64,000 nucleotides of DNA from Candidatus Bathyarchaeota archaeon (GTDB lineage Archaea > Thermoproteota > Bathyarchaeia > TCS64), in the NCBI GenBank assembly GCA_016783455.1, contig JADHWN010000006.1, positions 6,142 through 70,141 of the forward strand. Direction: 5' to 3'. Shown here in pieces: positions 1 to 8,977 of this stretch. The translations under genes and the position numbers were made by a program. How positions within the stretch are numbered: position 1 is the first letter of the stretch; the number at the start of each line of letters is the position of its first letter. The notes beneath the pieces were generated by a model, which was not told where the DNA came from, did no database searches, and saw only the letters and a list, made by a program, of their open reading frames with translations.

Positions 1-815
1 ATGTTGAGCTCGAGGTTCCTGCTGCAGTTGAACATCATCGTCATGTTCTTGAAGGCGAAGACGGCCTGCTCCCTCTCCTGCATGGTCCACTTGAAGCCTT
101 CGGGTGTCACCATGGTGTAGTTATATGCTCGTACATGGGCGGGTATTCCGGGTATGTTCGGTGAGGGTATGGTCGGTGGCTTCTTCATCTCCCTCACCGT
201 CCATGAGGAGAAGTGGCTGGTGTTGCAGACTAGGAAGCCCTCCCTGTCCATCCAGCTCGTGACGGGATCCCATGCGGTGCCGTTCCAGAAGCACCATCTC
301 AGCCTCTGGGCCTCAACGTACCTCCCGAGCTCGTCCTGAAGCTCCTCGTGGTCTATGTAGAGCCTCATGGTCGCCCTGATCCCACTCGTGGAGTTGGGCT
401 CGATCTCCAGGTATTTATGGAGTCCGTCTTCAGGTCTAGGGACCCCCTCAGGAGGCCCAATCCTCGCATGGATCTTCAGGCTGAGGGAGTCGGTTAGTCT
501 CAGGTTCATCTCGAGTTGCCTCATGGCGAACCCCGGATCCGCAGTTATGTTGAGTTTCATGTCCCTGTTCGCGTTGAACATCATCGTCATGTTCCTGAAC
601 TGGAGCGCCTGCATCGAACCAAGAGAGTAGTTATGAACATAGGCGTGGGGAACGACGTCCGTCATGTTGTACCTCTGTGCTATACTGGGGATCTCAGGAG
701 GCCCGTACTTTTCAGGCCTTGCGGCGAGGACCGTAAATGACCCGATCAATCCCAGGGTCAGGATTACGATTAAGGAAGAGATGACTAATTTGCTAACTAA
801 ATTTTTTCCTGTCAT
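1..815 (-). CDS. Partial surface or secreted glycoprotein (C-terminus beyond window edge), PGF-pre-PGF-like domain, internal ~182-aa repeats
   Basis: Not in ORF track because no stop lies inside the window. ATG at 815-813 and the frame stays open to nt 3. N-terminus MTGKNLVSKLVISSLIVILTLGLIGSF is a signal or anchor. About ten N-x-S/T sequons. Block HKYLEIEPNS..RLYIDHEEL..LRWCFWNGTAWDPV..CNTSHFSSWTV resembles the archaeal PGF-pre-PGF domain. The + strand ORFs 154-339, 367-630 and 516-740 are its antisense shadows. Confidence 0.6.
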   Translation of the reverse strand, partial: MTGKNLVSKLVISSLIVILTLGLIGSFTVLAARPEKYGPPEIPSIAQRYNMTDVVPHAYVHNYSLGSMQALQFRNMTMMFNANRDMKLNITADPGFAMRQLEMNLRLTDSLSLKIHARIGPPEGVPRPEDGLHKYLEIEPNSTSGIRATMRLYIDHEELQDELGRYVEAQRLRWCFWNGTAWDPVTSWMDREGFLVCNTSHFSSWTVREMKKPPTIPSPNIPGIPAHVRAYNYTMVTPEGFKWTMQEREQAVFAFKNMTMMFNCSRNLELN

Positions 816-963
816 ATTCTTCTAGTGGGATATATCCCGAGTGTATATTAGGACTCCTTTGAAACAGTTGTTCCAATTTACTCAAACGGCCCTTATACTC
901 GTTAGAACTCCGTCTCCCTCTACTTTCACCCACCTCTCCTACCCTCACATAACTACGTTCCCC

Positions 964-969
964 TTATAT
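964..969 (+). promoter_or_regulatory. TATA-like box (TTATAT) upstream of radA
   Basis: cccTTATATccc lies about 36-41 nt upstream of the radA start at 1005. AGAGGAGAG, SD-like, sits directly before the start. Confidence 0.3.
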
Positions 970-1004
970 CCCGGAAACCGGAGTTCGCGCAGAGGAGAGA
1001 TGAC

Positions 1005-1958
1005 TTGGCTGAAGTACTTGAGCCTGGGCTCCTGAAGGGCGTCGCGAGCACCACCGTCAACAAGCTCCTGAAGGCGGGCTTCACCACCGTTGAGTCCATA
1101 GCGGTCACCCCCGCCAGGGAGATAGCGGATGTCGTCGGGATGGGAAGCGACACCGCCCTGAAGGTCTGCCGCCTCGCCAGGATGCACGTCGACCCCGGGT
1201 TCATCCCCGCCCTGGAGGTACTAGAGATGAGGAAGAGCATGCTCAAATGCACCACCAGCTCCAGCGAGCTGGATCGCATCTTCGGCGGAGGAGTCGAGAC
1301 GGGCGCCATCACCGAGCTCATCGGAGAGTTCGGCTCAGGGAAGACCCAGATCTGCTTCACCCTCAGCGTCAACGCCCAGCTTCCCAAGGAGGAGGGCGGC
1401 CTCGGCGGCAACGTCTGCGCCATAGACACTGAGGGCACCTTCATGCCCGAGCGCGTCATGCAGATAGCCCAGGAGAAGGGCTTAGACTCCGAGAAGATCC
1501 TGGAGGGCATCCTCGTCGCCAGGGCCTACAACAGCGAGCACCAGGCCCTCCTCATCAGCAGCCTCCCCGAGTTGGTGGATAAGAGCAACATCAAGCTCGT
1601 CATCGTCGACAGCATGATAGGCCACTTCAGGGGCGAGTACATTGGCCGCGCCAACCTCTCCGAGCGCCAGCAGAAGCTCGCCGGCTGCCTCAGCCACCTC
1701 CTCAGGCTCGCCGAGGCCTTCAACGTCGCCGTCGTCATCACCAACCAGGTCCTGTCCACCCCGGACACCATGTACGGGGACCCCAACAAGCCGACGGGCG
1801 GCCACGTCATGGCCCACGCCTGCACCCACAGGGTCTTCCTCAGGAAGGGGAAGCAGAACACCCGCCTCGCCAGGGTCATTGACTCCCCCAGCCTTCCGGA
1901 GGAGAGGGTCAGGTTCGCGATAACCGGAGCCGGCGTCGTGGACGCTGATGAGGAGTAG
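1005..1958 (+). CDS. radA: DNA repair and recombination protein RadA
   Basis: N-terminal HhH-type domain (GVASTTVNKLLKAGFTTVESIA). Walker A GEFGSGKTQ, Walker B LVIVDS and the RecA/Rad51 core. The start is TTG at 1005 preceded by GGAG, so the start is uncertain. Confidence 0.93.
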   Translation: MAEVLEPGLLKGVASTTVNKLLKAGFTTVESIAVTPAREIADVVGMGSDTALKVCRLARMHVDPGFIPALEVLEMRKSMLKCTTSSSELDRIFGGGVETGAITELIGEFGSGKTQICFTLSVNAQLPKEEGGLGGNVCAIDTEGTFMPERVMQIAQEKGLDSEKILEGILVARAYNSEHQALLISSLPELVDKSNIKLVIVDSMIGHFRGEYIGRANLSERQQKLAGCLSHLLRLAEAFNVAVVITNQVLSTPDTMYGDPNKPTGGHVMAHACTHRVFLRKGKQNTRLARVIDSPSLPEERVRFAITGAGVVDADEE

Positions 1959-2191
1959 GCACTATGGGGAGTTTACCCCCACAATTGGGGTGCCCCGCTT
2001 GACCAGCTCTAGGAGATACTCTACCTGGTAGAGGCATCCCTCCGGGGAGAAGATGGTGAAGGCTGCGTCGTACTGGTTTGATCTCATCCCAGCTGCCGAA
2101 GATTGGAGTGCATTGCCCATCAAGCATTATTCTGGCCTCGAGAATGCGAAAAATAGAATTAGGCAGTGTAGGTATTCTTAGTCTGAGGTAA

Positions 2192-3724
2192 ATGTCAAGC
2201 AATTGGGACAAACACTACAACTCGTTGCTCGAGAGATCGAAGGAGCTCAGGGTGCTCATGTCCGCTGGATCCATTCTCGGATGGGATATGCAGACCAAGA
2301 TGCCTCCCGGAGGATTGGAGCTCAGGAGCCAGCAGCTGGCGCTCCTCCAGAAGACGGGCCACCAGATGCTCACCAGCCCGGAGCTGGGAAAGACCCTCAA
2401 GTCGATCGAGGGGCACAAGGACTACGAGAGCCTCACGGAGGTTCAGAAGCGGAACGTGTACCTTGCGCGGTTGGCGTACGACGAGGCAACCAAGCTCCCT
2501 GAGAGGCTTGTCGTCGAGCTGGCCAAGCAGAGGACTATAGGCAGAGGCGTCTGGAGGAAGGCCAAGGCCACCAACGACTGGAAGCTCTTCATGCCCGAGC
2601 TGGAGAAGGTAAAGGCACTGACGGAAGAGTCAGCGCACCTCCTCATGGAGGTCAAGGACGCCACCAACCCGTACGACGCGCTGATCTACGACTACGAGCC
2701 CAAGATGAAGGCCGAAGTCATAACCAAGGTCTTCGACGAGATGAGGCGGGGCATCAAGAGGCTCCTTGAAAAGATCATGGCCCAGCCCAAGCCCGATGTC
2801 AGCTTCCTGAGCAGGGAGATCCCCGTAAGGGTTCAGGAGAAGATCGCCGAGAGCCTGGCCGAGTTCGCCCTGTATGACACCAAGTCGGAGAGGGCCGGCG
2901 GCAGGATCGACGCCACCGAGCACCCCTTCACCACGGGCTACTACACCGATGTCAGGATAACCACGAAGTACTTCGTCAACAACTTCCAGAAGAGCATGTT
3001 CAGCGTCCTCCACGAGGCCGGTCACGCGCTCTACAACATGGGGCTGCCCGCGGAGTGGATGTACCAGCCGGTGGGCGCGGGGGCCAGCAGCGGCATACAC
3101 GAGTCGATGAGCCGGTTCGTCGAGAACCACGTCGGCAGGAGCCGCGAGTTCTGGGAATACTTCATGCCCAAGCTGAAGGGGCTCACGGGTAAGAGGCTGC
3201 GCGATGTCTCCCCGGAGCAGATGTACGCGGCGGTCAACTACGTCACTCCCAGCAAGATCAGGACCCAGTCGGACGAGCTCACCTACGGGATGCACATCAT
3301 AATCAGGTTCGAGCTGGAGAGAGACCTGTTCAACGGGGACCTGGAGGTGAAGGAGCTACCCCAGGTCTGGAATCAGAAGTACATGGACTACCTTGGGGTC
3401 GAGATAGAGACCGACACCGAGGGGGTGATGCAGGACACCCACTGGTCCGGCGGCTCCTTCGGCTACTTCCCCAGCTACGCCCTCGGCAACATCTACGACG
3501 GAGTCTGGCGCGCCAAGATCGACGGCGACCTCCCGGACTGGAAAGAGAGGCTACGGAAAGGCAGTTTCAAGGAGGTCAAGGGCTGGCTAACCGAGAACGT
3601 GTACAGGCACGGTAAGCTCTACGACCCGGAGGAGCTGGTGAAGCGAGTCACGGGGAGGGGCCTCGTCGTCAAACCGTTCTTGGACTACCTAGAAGCCAAG
3701 TACAAGGCCATCTACGGATTCTAA
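2192..3724 (+). CDS. M32 family metallo-carboxypeptidase (Taq-type)
   Basis: HEAGHALY (HExxH) motif, HESMSR, IRTQSDELTY, and ~500 aa length typical of M32. Confidence 0.88.
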   Translation: MSSNWDKHYNSLLERSKELRVLMSAGSILGWDMQTKMPPGGLELRSQQLALLQKTGHQMLTSPELGKTLKSIEGHKDYESLTEVQKRNVYLARLAYDEATKLPERLVVELAKQRTIGRGVWRKAKATNDWKLFMPELEKVKALTEESAHLLMEVKDATNPYDALIYDYEPKMKAEVITKVFDEMRRGIKRLLEKIMAQPKPDVSFLSREIPVRVQEKIAESLAEFALYDTKSERAGGRIDATEHPFTTGYYTDVRITTKYFVNNFQKSMFSVLHEAGHALYNMGLPAEWMYQPVGAGASSGIHESMSRFVENHVGRSREFWEYFMPKLKGLTGKRLRDVSPEQMYAAVNYVTPSKIRTQSDELTYGMHIIIRFELERDLFNGDLEVKELPQVWNQKYMDYLGVEIETDTEGVMQDTHWSGGSFGYFPSYALGNIYDGVWRAKIDGDLPDWKERLRKGSFKEVKGWLTENVYRHGKLYDPEELVKRVTGRGLVVKPFLDYLEAKYKAIYGF

Positions 3725-3728
3725 CCCC

Positions 3729-3737
3729 TTTTTTTTT
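3729..3737 (+). terminator. Oligo-T archaeal-type terminator after the carboxypeptidase gene
   Basis: Run of 9 T starting 5 nt after stop TAA (3722-3724). Confidence 0.5.
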
Positions 3738-3822
3738 ACATCGCGTACGCAGAGAAGGACTAGATCACCTTCTCCGGACTAGGCTGTCTATCCTTCAAAT
3801 ATGATAGAAAGATTGATGGAGA

Positions 3823-4524
3823 TCACCGCATATACTTGGCGACGACCTCTTCGGTCAGCCTCTTCATGGCCTTGGTCTCGGTCGGGATGACCGCGACCCT
3901 GACGACCGCCGACGTGAGCTCCTCGCCGGAGCCCTTCTCGACGGCCCCGATGGCCAGCTTTATGGCCTCGTCGAGGGACAGGTCCTCCTTGAAGTTCTCC
4001 TCGAGATACTTGTTGGACTCCTCGGCGTTCCTGCCAAGAGCCCGAGCCCTGTAGCCCCTGTAGGAGCCGCTGGGGTCGGTGGTGAGGAGGTGGGGCCCGG
4101 TGGTGTCGACGCCGGCGAAGATAATGCTCACCCCGAATGGCCTGATGCCCCCGTGCTGGGTGTAGACCTGGATCTGGTCGCTCAGCGTGCCCACGAGGCC
4201 CTCTACGTCGGCGGGCTCGTCGTAGAGGAGCTTGTTGCTCTGGCAGAAGACCCGGCCCTTGTCGATGAGGACCCGTGCGTCGGAGCTGAGGCCGGCGATG
4301 GCGACGCCCACGTGCTCGTCGATCTGGAATATCTTCCTGAACGTGCTGGTGTCCTCAAGGTTGCTCTCCGGGGTCTCGTTGGCCGCAAGGACCACGCCCT
4401 CCAGCGAGTGGATGCCCACGATGGGTGCCCCACGCTTCACGAGCTCCAGGGCGTACTCGACCTGGTAGAGGCGCCCCTCGGGCGAGAATATGGTTATGGC
4501 GGCGTCGTACTGGTTTCCCCTCAT
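3823..4524 (-). CDS. psmA: Proteasome subunit alpha
   Basis: MRGNQYDAAITIFSPEGRLYQVEYALE is the canonical alpha N-terminus. I place the start at the internal ATG 4524, because the track ORF begins 25 codons upstream with non-conserved sequence. Confidence 0.93.
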   Translation of the reverse strand: MRGNQYDAAITIFSPEGRLYQVEYALELVKRGAPIVGIHSLEGVVLAANETPESNLEDTSTFRKIFQIDEHVGVAIAGLSSDARVLIDKGRVFCQSNKLLYDEPADVEGLVGTLSDQIQVYTQHGGIRPFGVSIIFAGVDTTGPHLLTTDPSGSYRGYRARALGRNAEESNKYLEENFKEDLSLDEAIKLAIGAVEKGSGEELTSAVVRVAVIPTETKAMKRLTEEVVAKYMR

Positions 4525-4642
4525 CAACTTTGTGACCTTCCTTGAGCTTCGATATGAAATGTAGTCAGCATATATAAACGTCGTTGAGGGCGGGGGCAAC
4601 AGTCAAATATGGTATGTTGAACGTTCTCAGCGGAGTTATTAT

Positions 4643-5518
4643 ATGGTGAAGACGAACAAGGAGAACCTCCTGGAGATTGCGCTGCAGGGCGAGATAACCC
4701 ACACGGCGATCCCCTCCACTTACACCACCACCTGGGATAACAAGTCCCAGATGAGCCTGGGTAGGGGGGGCATCGTCTACAACGTCAAGGTGGGCGACCC
4801 CTGCTACGGCTGGGAGCTCGGCGACAACGTCGAGCCCGGGGTCTCCGCGGACGGTACGGACACCGACCGTGCCAAGGGGGGCTTCAGGAACCTGTCCAAC
4901 ATAGGGAACAGGGTCAAGGTCCTCGGCGGAGAGGCCAAAGGGAAGTGGGGCACAGTCATCGGGAAGGTGGGGTACCTGCCCGGGAGGGGCCATCACGTGG
5001 TGATGCACTTCAAGCAGGACGTCATAGACGACCTCACCATCGGCGACAAGGTCCAGATACGCGCCAAGGGGGCGGGGCACAAGTTCCTCGACTACCCCGG
5101 CGTGGCCGTCGTCAGCTGCAGCCCGGAGCTGGTGGAGTCCTGGGGGATCGAGGAGAAGGACGGCAAGCTCCACGTGCCCGTGACCAAGGTGGTCCCCATG
5201 GACTACGTGGGCCAGGGCGCCGGGGGCTCCCCGCCTCAGGCCAGCAACTGGGACATCCAGACCCAGAGCCCCGACGCCGTGGAGTTCTGCAAGGACTTCA
5301 GGTTCGGGGACATCGTGCTCCTGGAGGACACATTGTCCTACTACGGCCGGGGCTACTACCACGGCGCGGTGACCGTGGGCGTCGTAATCACGGGCCCAAG
5401 CAACCACATGGGCCACGGCATCGGCGTCTCCACTCTGCTCTCCTGCAAGGAGGGTCAGATCGTGCCCAAGGTGGATCCGGACCTGAACCTGAAGAAGATG
5501 CTGGACCTGGAGGTATGA
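4643..5518 (+). CDS. DUF4438-like protein, paralog A (291 aa), function unknown
   Basis: N-terminus MVKTNKENLLEIALQGEI, GDPCYGWELGDNVEPGV, GRGYYHGAVTVGVV, GHGIGVSTLL. The family is recalled from memory and needs HMM confirmation. Confidence 0.7.
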   Translation: MVKTNKENLLEIALQGEITHTAIPSTYTTTWDNKSQMSLGRGGIVYNVKVGDPCYGWELGDNVEPGVSADGTDTDRAKGGFRNLSNIGNRVKVLGGEAKGKWGTVIGKVGYLPGRGHHVVMHFKQDVIDDLTIGDKVQIRAKGAGHKFLDYPGVAVVSCSPELVESWGIEEKDGKLHVPVTKVVPMDYVGQGAGGSPPQASNWDIQTQSPDAVEFCKDFRFGDIVLLEDTLSYYGRGYYHGAVTVGVVITGPSNHMGHGIGVSTLLSCKEGQIVPKVDPDLNLKKMLDLEV

Positions 5519-5522
5519 GAAG

Positions 5523-6398
5523 ATGATTGAGACTAACAAGGACAAGCTGCTGAAGCTCGCAGTCATGGGCGAGATAGTGCCATCAGGGAGTGGGGGCTAC
5601 AGGCCCACGTGGAACGGCGTCCCCAAGATGTCCCTGGGCATGGGGGGCATCAAGTACAACCTCAGGGTTGGAGACCTCTGCTACGGCTGGGCCTCAGGCG
5701 ACCACGTCGAGCCTGGGGTCACCATCAGAGGGACGGAGAAGCCCTCCCCCAGCGAGTGTGCCCTGGCGCTCCTGGCCTGCATAGGCAACGAGGCGAGGCT
5801 CACCTCAGGCGAGGCGAAGAACGAGAAGGGGGTGTTCACGGGCAGGCACGCAGGCTCGGACGACCTGATCTGGTTCCCGGAGGAGACCATCGAGAAGCTT
5901 GCCATAGGCGACAAGGTCCAGGTGAAGGCCCACGGCGTCGGCCTGAAGATAAAAGGCTTCGAGGACGTCCGGGTCAACAAGTGCAGCCCCAGGCTCCTGG
6001 AAAACTTGGGCATTGAGATCGACGGAGACCAGCTCGTGGTCCCGGTCGTGGCTGAGATACCCGGGTTCCTCATGGGCTCCGGGATCGGCTCATCCCAGAA
6101 CGTGGAGCCGGGCGACTACGACATCCAGACCACGGACCCCGCCACCAACGAGAAGTATGGCCTCAAGAAGCTCCGCCTCGGCGACATCGTCCTCCTGCAG
6201 GACCAGCTGTGCATGAACGGCAGGGGCTACTACAAGGGGTCCATGACCATCGGGACGATAATCCATGGATGGAGCGACTCCGCTGGCCACGGGCCGGGCG
6301 TCAACCCGCTGCTCAGCACCATAGGCAGACGAATTAGGACCGTCATCGACCCGAGGGCCAACACGGCGAGGTACCTGGGGCTGAGGGACGACCTCTAA
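5523..6398 (+). CDS. DUF4438-like protein, paralog B (291 aa), function unknown
   Basis: Collinear with paralog A over the full length (MIETNKDKLLKLAVMGEI, GDLCYGWASGDHVEPGV, GRGYYKGSMTIGTI, GHGPGVNPLL). The ATG lies 4 nt after the stop of A, and GGAGGT sits inside the end of A. Confidence 0.7.
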   Translation: MIETNKDKLLKLAVMGEIVPSGSGGYRPTWNGVPKMSLGMGGIKYNLRVGDLCYGWASGDHVEPGVTIRGTEKPSPSECALALLACIGNEARLTSGEAKNEKGVFTGRHAGSDDLIWFPEETIEKLAIGDKVQVKAHGVGLKIKGFEDVRVNKCSPRLLENLGIEIDGDQLVVPVVAEIPGFLMGSGIGSSQNVEPGDYDIQTTDPATNEKYGLKKLRLGDIVLLQDQLCMNGRGYYKGSMTIGTIIHGWSDSAGHGPGVNPLLSTIGRRIRTVIDPRANTARYLGLRDDL

Positions 6399-6402
6399 CC
6401 CC

Positions 6403-6413
6403 TTTTTCCTTTT
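6403..6413 (+). terminator. T-rich terminator (TTTTTCCTTTT) after the DUF4438 pair
   Basis: Begins 5 nt after stop TAA at 6396-6398. Confidence 0.45.
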
Positions 6414-6451
6414 AACTATAAGTTATCATATTTCTATAACGTGTTCCAGGA

Positions 6452-6949
6452 ATGACGTTGAAGGTAGAGCGGGCGGTCCCCGAGAGGGACGCGGCCCCCA
6501 TCTCGAGGCTCATCAACATCTGCAGGGATGAGCGGAGGACCGTCCTTGACGCCTACACCCCGGAGAGCGAGCGAGAGTACCTGGAGTCCATGGGCTCCAG
6601 GGAGGTCGTTTACGTCGCCCACGTCGACGGCGAGTTCGCGGGCTTCGCGGGGGTGGCCCCCCGGTACGGCTACAGTGAGAGGCTGAGGCACTGTGGCGAG
6701 GGCGGGACGTGGGTGATGCCCGAGATGAGGGGGCGAGGGGTTGGCTCAGCCCTATGGAGGGAGGGGATCCTGCCCTTCTGCGTGGAGACCAGTTTCAGGC
6801 ACGTCGGGGCCTTCGTTATGGCACACAACAAGGACGCCATCGCGTTCTACGAGAGCCTCGGCTTCCACGTGTGCGGGTTCCACAGGCGCCTCGTGGACTG
6901 GGACGGGGAGCTCCTGGACGCCGTCGAGATAGAGAAGTGGCTCGACTGA
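6452..6949 (+). CDS. GNAT family N-acetyltransferase
   Basis: GNAT core motif MPEMRGRGVGSAL..A.NKDAIAFYESLGF. Confidence 0.8.
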   Translation: MTLKVERAVPERDAAPISRLINICRDERRTVLDAYTPESEREYLESMGSREVVYVAHVDGEFAGFAGVAPRYGYSERLRHCGEGGTWVMPEMRGRGVGSALWREGILPFCVETSFRHVGAFVMAHNKDAIAFYESLGFHVCGFHRRLVDWDGELLDAVEIEKWLD

Positions 6950-6989
6950 GGGTATAAAAGGGAGGCTTGCGGGAATTCTCTAGATCGAT

Positions 6990-7487
6990 ATGTCATGTAT
7001 AGACTTAATCCTGAAGAGGAGGAGCATCCGGAAGTACAGCAGCGAGCCCGTCTCCGAGGAGGTGAAGGCGAAGATCCTCGAGGCGGGTAGGCAGGCGCCG
7101 AGCGCGGTGAACGCCCAGCCGTGGCACTTCATCGTCGTCGACGATCCCGCCCTCAAGGAGAGCCTCGCCTCGACGGGCAGGTGGCGCTCGTTCATCAGGG
7201 ACTGTTCCTTCGTCGTCGTGGGGCTCTACAAGTCCCATAACCCGATTACGAAGAGGTGGGGCCAGGTGGACACCGTGATCGCGCTTCAGAACATGGTACT
7301 CGCCGCCCAGGTGCAGGGAGTGGGGAGCTGCTGGATAGGTGACCTGTCTGGGGACGTGAAGGGGCTCCTGGGGATACCAGGGGGCGCGGAGATCGTCGCG
7401 TTGATATCCTTCGGGATCCCGGACGAGGAGCCCGGTCAGAAGTCCAAGAAGGACCCCAAGAAGATATTCCACTACAATAGATGGTGA
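6990..7487 (+). CDS. Nitroreductase family protein
   Basis: ILKRRSIRKY..EAGRQAPSAVNAQPWHFIVV signature. Confidence 0.85.
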   Translation: MSCIDLILKRRSIRKYSSEPVSEEVKAKILEAGRQAPSAVNAQPWHFIVVDDPALKESLASTGRWRSFIRDCSFVVVGLYKSHNPITKRWGQVDTVIALQNMVLAAQVQGVGSCWIGDLSGDVKGLLGIPGGAEIVALISFGIPDEEPGQKSKKDPKKIFHYNRW

Positions 7488-7493
7488 TTTTTT
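7488..7493 (+). terminator. Oligo-T run directly after the nitroreductase stop
   Basis: TGA at 7485-7487 followed by TTTTTT. A (CG)4C run follows at 7503-7511. Confidence 0.35.
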
Positions 7494-7522
7494 CACCAAT
7501 CTCGCGCGCGCTTTGAAACGAT

Positions 7523-8647
7523 TCATTCATTGGCGCTCTTTTCCCTCATAAGGCGTTTATAGTTGATGGCTGCGATGCGGAGGGGCTTCTCCGGTATGAG
7601 CCCCTTGGGCCTCAAGATCATGACCCCCAGGAGGAGAAGTCCCAGCAGCTGCTGCTCGAAGATAACGATGGGGTACCAGACGAACATCTCTAGCTGCCCC
7701 CTGAAGACGATTATCAACCGCCTCATCGCGATAACGAGGGCGCAGCCGATCCATGTGCCCGCGCTGTTACCTGGACCCCCGATCATGAGCATCAACCACG
7801 GTAGGTAGGTCCAGGTGAACGAAGTGAAGCTGGTATCGATCATGTAGGTGTAGTAGTAGGAGAGGAGCACGCCGACGAGGGCGGTGATGCCGGAGCCGAA
7901 CATCAGCACATTCCTCCTTATCGCGGTCACGTCCTTGCCGATGCTGTTCACAGTCAGGCCGTTCTCCCTAGCCGCTCTCATCAGCCTGCCGCTGGGCGAG
8001 TTGAGCATCGTCCTCAGTATGAAGTAGCAGACGACGCCGATGGTCAGTGTGACCACTGCATTCAGGATGGTCCTGTCCCCGGGATACCAAGCTAGAACGT
8101 TCGGGACGAACATCCCCCCCGTTCCGCCGGAAATCAGGACGATTCTCCTTCCGAAGATCCTTAAGGCGTCTCCCATTGTTATCAGCGCGATGATGAGGTA
8201 AGTCGGCTTTAGCCTGATGGCTGGGAGGGAGATCACGTAGCCCAGCGCCCATCCGGCGACGAAGGCCAGCGCCAGGGAGAGGAGGAACATAGTGACTCCC
8301 AGGAAGGCGTGGGATTGCAGGTAGTCGTTCATTATATCGATGTTAACACAGTTGTTTCGCATCCAGTCCATTTTACTCGCCCAGGGAAGGATGTCCAGTC
8401 CGGCCTGCATGCCGATCCAGAAAATGAGCCTCGTGACGATCGAGTTGACCACATAGCCACCTACGGAGGCAGATAATCCGCAGGCCATGTTGGGCACGCC
8501 GGCGTTCCCATACTGGAAGTTGAGGGCCAAAGTGACTATGAAGAGGAGCCCGAACATCATTGCTAGGTCGATGACGATCCTCTGGTATGCGGTCGCGGCT
8601 ATTGAGCCCAATAGACCTATCATTCTGATGGCGTACCCACCAACCAA
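7523..8647 (-). CDS. Branched-chain amino acid ABC transporter permease-like protein (LivM/BPD_transp_2-like), orphan
   Basis: Multi-TM protein. NFQYGNAGVPNM.., GRLMRAARENGLTVNSIGKDV, LMIGGPGNSAGTWIG and RPKGLIPEKP match the LivM-type layout. No ATPase, partner permease or binding protein is adjacent. Confidence 0.6.
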   Translation of the reverse strand: MVGGYAIRMIGLLGSIAATAYQRIVIDLAMMFGLLFIVTLALNFQYGNAGVPNMACGLSASVGGYVVNSIVTRLIFWIGMQAGLDILPWASKMDWMRNNCVNIDIMNDYLQSHAFLGVTMFLLSLALAFVAGWALGYVISLPAIRLKPTYLIIALITMGDALRIFGRRIVLISGGTGGMFVPNVLAWYPGDRTILNAVVTLTIGVVCYFILRTMLNSPSGRLMRAARENGLTVNSIGKDVTAIRRNVLMFGSGITALVGVLLSYYYTYMIDTSFTSFTWTYLPWLMLMIGGPGNSAGTWIGCALVIAMRRLIIVFRGQLEMFVWYPIVIFEQQLLGLLLLGVMILRPKGLIPEKPLRIAAINYKRLMREKSANE

Positions 8648-8731
8648 GAGGTTTTATCATCGCTTTAATCTTACGGAAAAAACTCACACACGCTCAGGGT
8701 TTAAGTTTCAATGCAGCGCGCACAGTGCGGG

Positions 8732-8977
8732 TCATTCGTCGGGGTCTATCATTTTCCCAATATCGCCTAAGGGTTCGTAATTCCCCCCTGCCGAGGAATA
8801 AACAGTTGTGCGATAAAGAATGTCTTCGCTAGCATACGTAGTGAGAGTGTTAGAAGGGTTTATTCCTTTTTTCTTATGTTCATGCTTCAATATCTTGTTA
8901 CGAATTGCAGGTCCAAAAATGAGTATTAGCAACCCTATCACTGGCAGTACCAGAGCGTACGCGATTTTCGTCCACAT
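8732..8977 (-). CDS. Hypothetical single-pass membrane protein (81 aa) in an AT-rich island
   Basis: N-terminal TM helix IAYALVLPVIGLLILIFGPAI followed by a basic stretch. No recognisable family. Local base composition differs from its surroundings. Confidence 0.35.
   Translation of the reverse strand: MWTKIAYALVLPVIGLLILIFGPAIRNKILKHEHKKKGINPSNTLTTYASEDILYRTTVYSSAGGNYEPLGDIGKMIDPDE

Noticed and set aside
953-1879. Minus-strand ORFs 953-1510, 1482-1829 and 1526-1879, plus + ORFs in other frames over radA
   Set aside because: They are antisense or off-frame to an unambiguous RadA with Walker motifs. They are low-complexity S/P/R/A-rich translations.
1909-2211. 100-aa minus-strand ORF in the 233-nt radA-carboxypeptidase spacer; possible small gene or ncRNA
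   Set aside because: It overlaps the ends of both flanking genes, has a Pro/Arg-rich C-terminus and no SD. Only a short hairpin (CTCTAC-CTG-GTAGAG) was seen, which is insufficient to call an RNA gene.
4565-5566. 333-aa minus-strand ORF, the longest unassigned ORF of the region
   Set aside because: It is exactly antisense to DUF4438-like paralog A. Its composition is dominated by V/G/H/D/L/A/P runs typical of shadow frames in GC-rich DNA. It has no motifs, whereas the sense frame has a conserved paralog next door.
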